Assembly (NCBI GenBank): GCA_039028615.1 | Contig: JBCCHT010000013.1 | Coordinates: forward strand, 1-64,000 | From: Myxococcota bacterium | GTDB lineage: Bacteria > Myxococcota_A > Polyangia > Nannocystales > Nannocystaceae | Direction: 5' to 3' | DNA length: 64,000 nucleotides | Part shown: in pieces, positions 62,499 through 64,000 of the stretch | Layout of the letters: every line of letters starts with the position of its first letter | Numbering within the stretch: position 1 is the first letter of the stretch | Made by a program: the position numbers and the translations under genes | The notes under the pieces: generated by a model | Seen by the model: only the letters and a program-made list of their open reading frames with translations | Told to the model about the DNA's origin: nothing | Database searches by the model: none

Positions 62499-64000
62499 GC
62501 GCCCAGAACCATCCAGCCGGCCACGCCGGCGGCAGCGGCCAGCGCCACGACGACGATGGCCACCGAAGAACCGCGACCCTTGCTCGGGGCCGCGTTGGCG
62601 GCGGGGGCCGGGGCCGAGGCGGACGAAGTGCCGCGCTTGGCCTGACGCTCGGCGTCCTCGATGGCGCGCCGATCCTCGCAGGCGACTCGCAGGACGCGGA
62701 TGTCGACCGCCATCAGCTCCTTGTTCGTCTCTTCCTGGCGCAGCAGGTCCACGCTGCGCAGGCGACCGGAGCGGATCATCTTGGCGAGGGACTCCATCCC
62801 GTAGGGCCCGTACTCCTTGCCGTCACGCGTGACGTAGTAGCGATGCTGCTCCGCGTCCTCGGCTTCGCTGCCGTCGGGGTCGACGGGGTCGTCGGAGAAG
62901 CTGCCGAAGAACGTGCCGCTCTCGGTGGGGCCGCTGGCGGGGTCTTGGTCGGCTTCCTCGCCATCGATGGTGGCGAGGCGCTGGGCCGTCTCCTCGAACT
63001 CGCCGACCTCGAGGCCGAGCATGGAGCCGCTGCTGTGGCGCTTGCCTCCGTCTTCCTCCTCGAGCATGTCCTCTTCGAGGAGCTCGGCTTCGTCGTCGTC
63101 CTCGAAGCCGAAGCGGGAGTCACCATCGCCGACGTTCTCGGTGTACTCGTGCAGGGCCGAGTCGGCGTCGACATCCGCGATCCGCCGCGTGGCGCGGTCG
63201 AGCTCGTCCATGTCCCGGCGGGCGGCGTCCGGGTCGGGCGTGTGACCGCCGACGGCCGGGGTGGGGGGCGGCGTGTTTCGAGGTCCGCCGAAGCCGGGGC
63301 CCGCCCCCGGAGGCGCGGTGCCGGGCGAGCCGGGCGAGCCGGGGTAGCCGGTCGGGGGAGCGCCGGGATAGCCGGTGGGAGGCGCCCCCGGGTAGCCGGT
63401 CGGTGGACCTCCGGGGTAGCCGGGAGGCGCTCCTTCGGCGCTGGGATAGCCCGGCGGTGGCGGATAGCCGGGAGGACCCCCGGGATAGCCTGGAGGCGGG
63501 CCTCCCTCGGCGCCGGGGTAGCCCGACGGTGGACCGCCCTCAAAGCCCGCGGGAGGGGCTCCCTCGGGTCCGGGGTAGCCGGGATACCCCGCGAGGGGGC
63601 CTCCTTCGGGCGGCGGATAGCCGGGAGGGGCGCCGGGGTAGCCGGGAGGCGGCGCGCTGCCATAGGGATAGCCAGCGGGCGGATACGGCGGGTAACCGGG
63701 GGGGTAGCCGGGAGGGGCGCCGGGGTAACCGGGAGGGGGAGCCTGTCCCGGGTAGCCCGGAGGCGGAGGGTAGGGAGGGTAGCCGCCCCCTTGCGCCGGC
63801 ATGGCCGGCGGCGTGGTGCCGTAGGCGGGCACGTCGGGCATGGCCCCGGTGAAGTCGGGTGGCGGCGGAATGGCGGCCTCGAGCGAGCCGTGCTCGGGAG
63901 CCTCGGGCAGCTCGACGGGCACGCCTTCGGCCGGCGCGGCCAGGTCTTCCCAGCCCGCGAACTCGTCCTCGGCCGGGGGCGGAGGAGGGGGGGCCGAGGC
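62495..64000 (-). CDS. Pro/Gly/Tyr-rich protein with GYF_2-like domain and C-terminal TM, 5'-truncated by window edge
   Basis: PPGYPG repeats, acidic region, YYVTRDGKEYGPY..LAKMIRSG, terminal TM; overlaps the HEAT gene start. Confidence 0.75.
   Translation of the reverse strand, partial: ASAPPPPPPAEDEFAGWEDLAAPAEGVPVELPEAPEHGSLEAAIPPPPDFTGAMPDVPAYGTTPPAMPAQGGGYPPYPPPPGYPGQAPPPGYPGAPPGYPPGYPPYPPAGYPYGSAPPPGYPGAPPGYPPPEGGPLAGYPGYPGPEGAPPAGFEGGPPSGYPGAEGGPPPGYPGGPPGYPPPPGYPSAEGAPPGYPGGPPTGYPGAPPTGYPGAPPTGYPGSPGSPGTAPPGAGPGFGGPRNTPPPTPAVGGHTPDPDAARRDMDELDRATRRIADVDADSALHEYTENVGDGDSRFGFEDDDEAELLEEDMLEEEDGGKRHSSGSMLGLEVGEFEETAQRLATIDGEEADQDPASGPTESGTFFGSFSDDPVDPDGSEAEDAEQHRYYVTRDGKEYGPYGMESLAKMIRSGRLRSVDLLRQEETNKELMAVDIRVLRVACEDRRAIEDAERQAKRGTSSASAPAPAANAAPSKGRGSSVAIVVVALAAAAGVAGWMVLGA

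Overview
High-GC chromosomal segment (roughly 70% GC, judged by eye). Its gene content points to a myxobacterium, probably Nannocystaceae-like (inference): MYXO-CTERM proteins, many Cys/acidic-rich lipoproteins, four ECF-type sigma factors, PilZ/J-domain, HEAT and GYF-like proteins. Housekeeping genes are valS (type 2), uvrA, trpS, iscS-mnmA, rnc, truC, tilS-ftsH and tRNA-Leu(UAA). The most interesting items are: (1) a RAYT/TnpA-REP-type HUH transposase between convergent genes, bounded by inverted REP-like motifs and followed by a nested, progressively truncated 144-bp structured repeat array, with mirror-image loss of C at synonymous sites in both flanking genes; (2) a CRISPR-free ECF sigma / membrane anti-sigma / lipoprotein TPR-CHAT protease module; (3) a bacterial lipoprotein resembling animal Leg1; (4) a Tyr/TrpRS-like paralog lacking HIGH/KMSKS, coupled to an L,D-transpeptidase; (5) two identical bipartite promoter motifs flanking an ECF sigma gene; (6) a 3-hydroxyproline catabolic operon with a duplicated 12-bp palindromic operator. 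All family calls come from motif recognition by eye; no database searches were run. Start codons were re-chosen by inspection where the ORF track over-extends.
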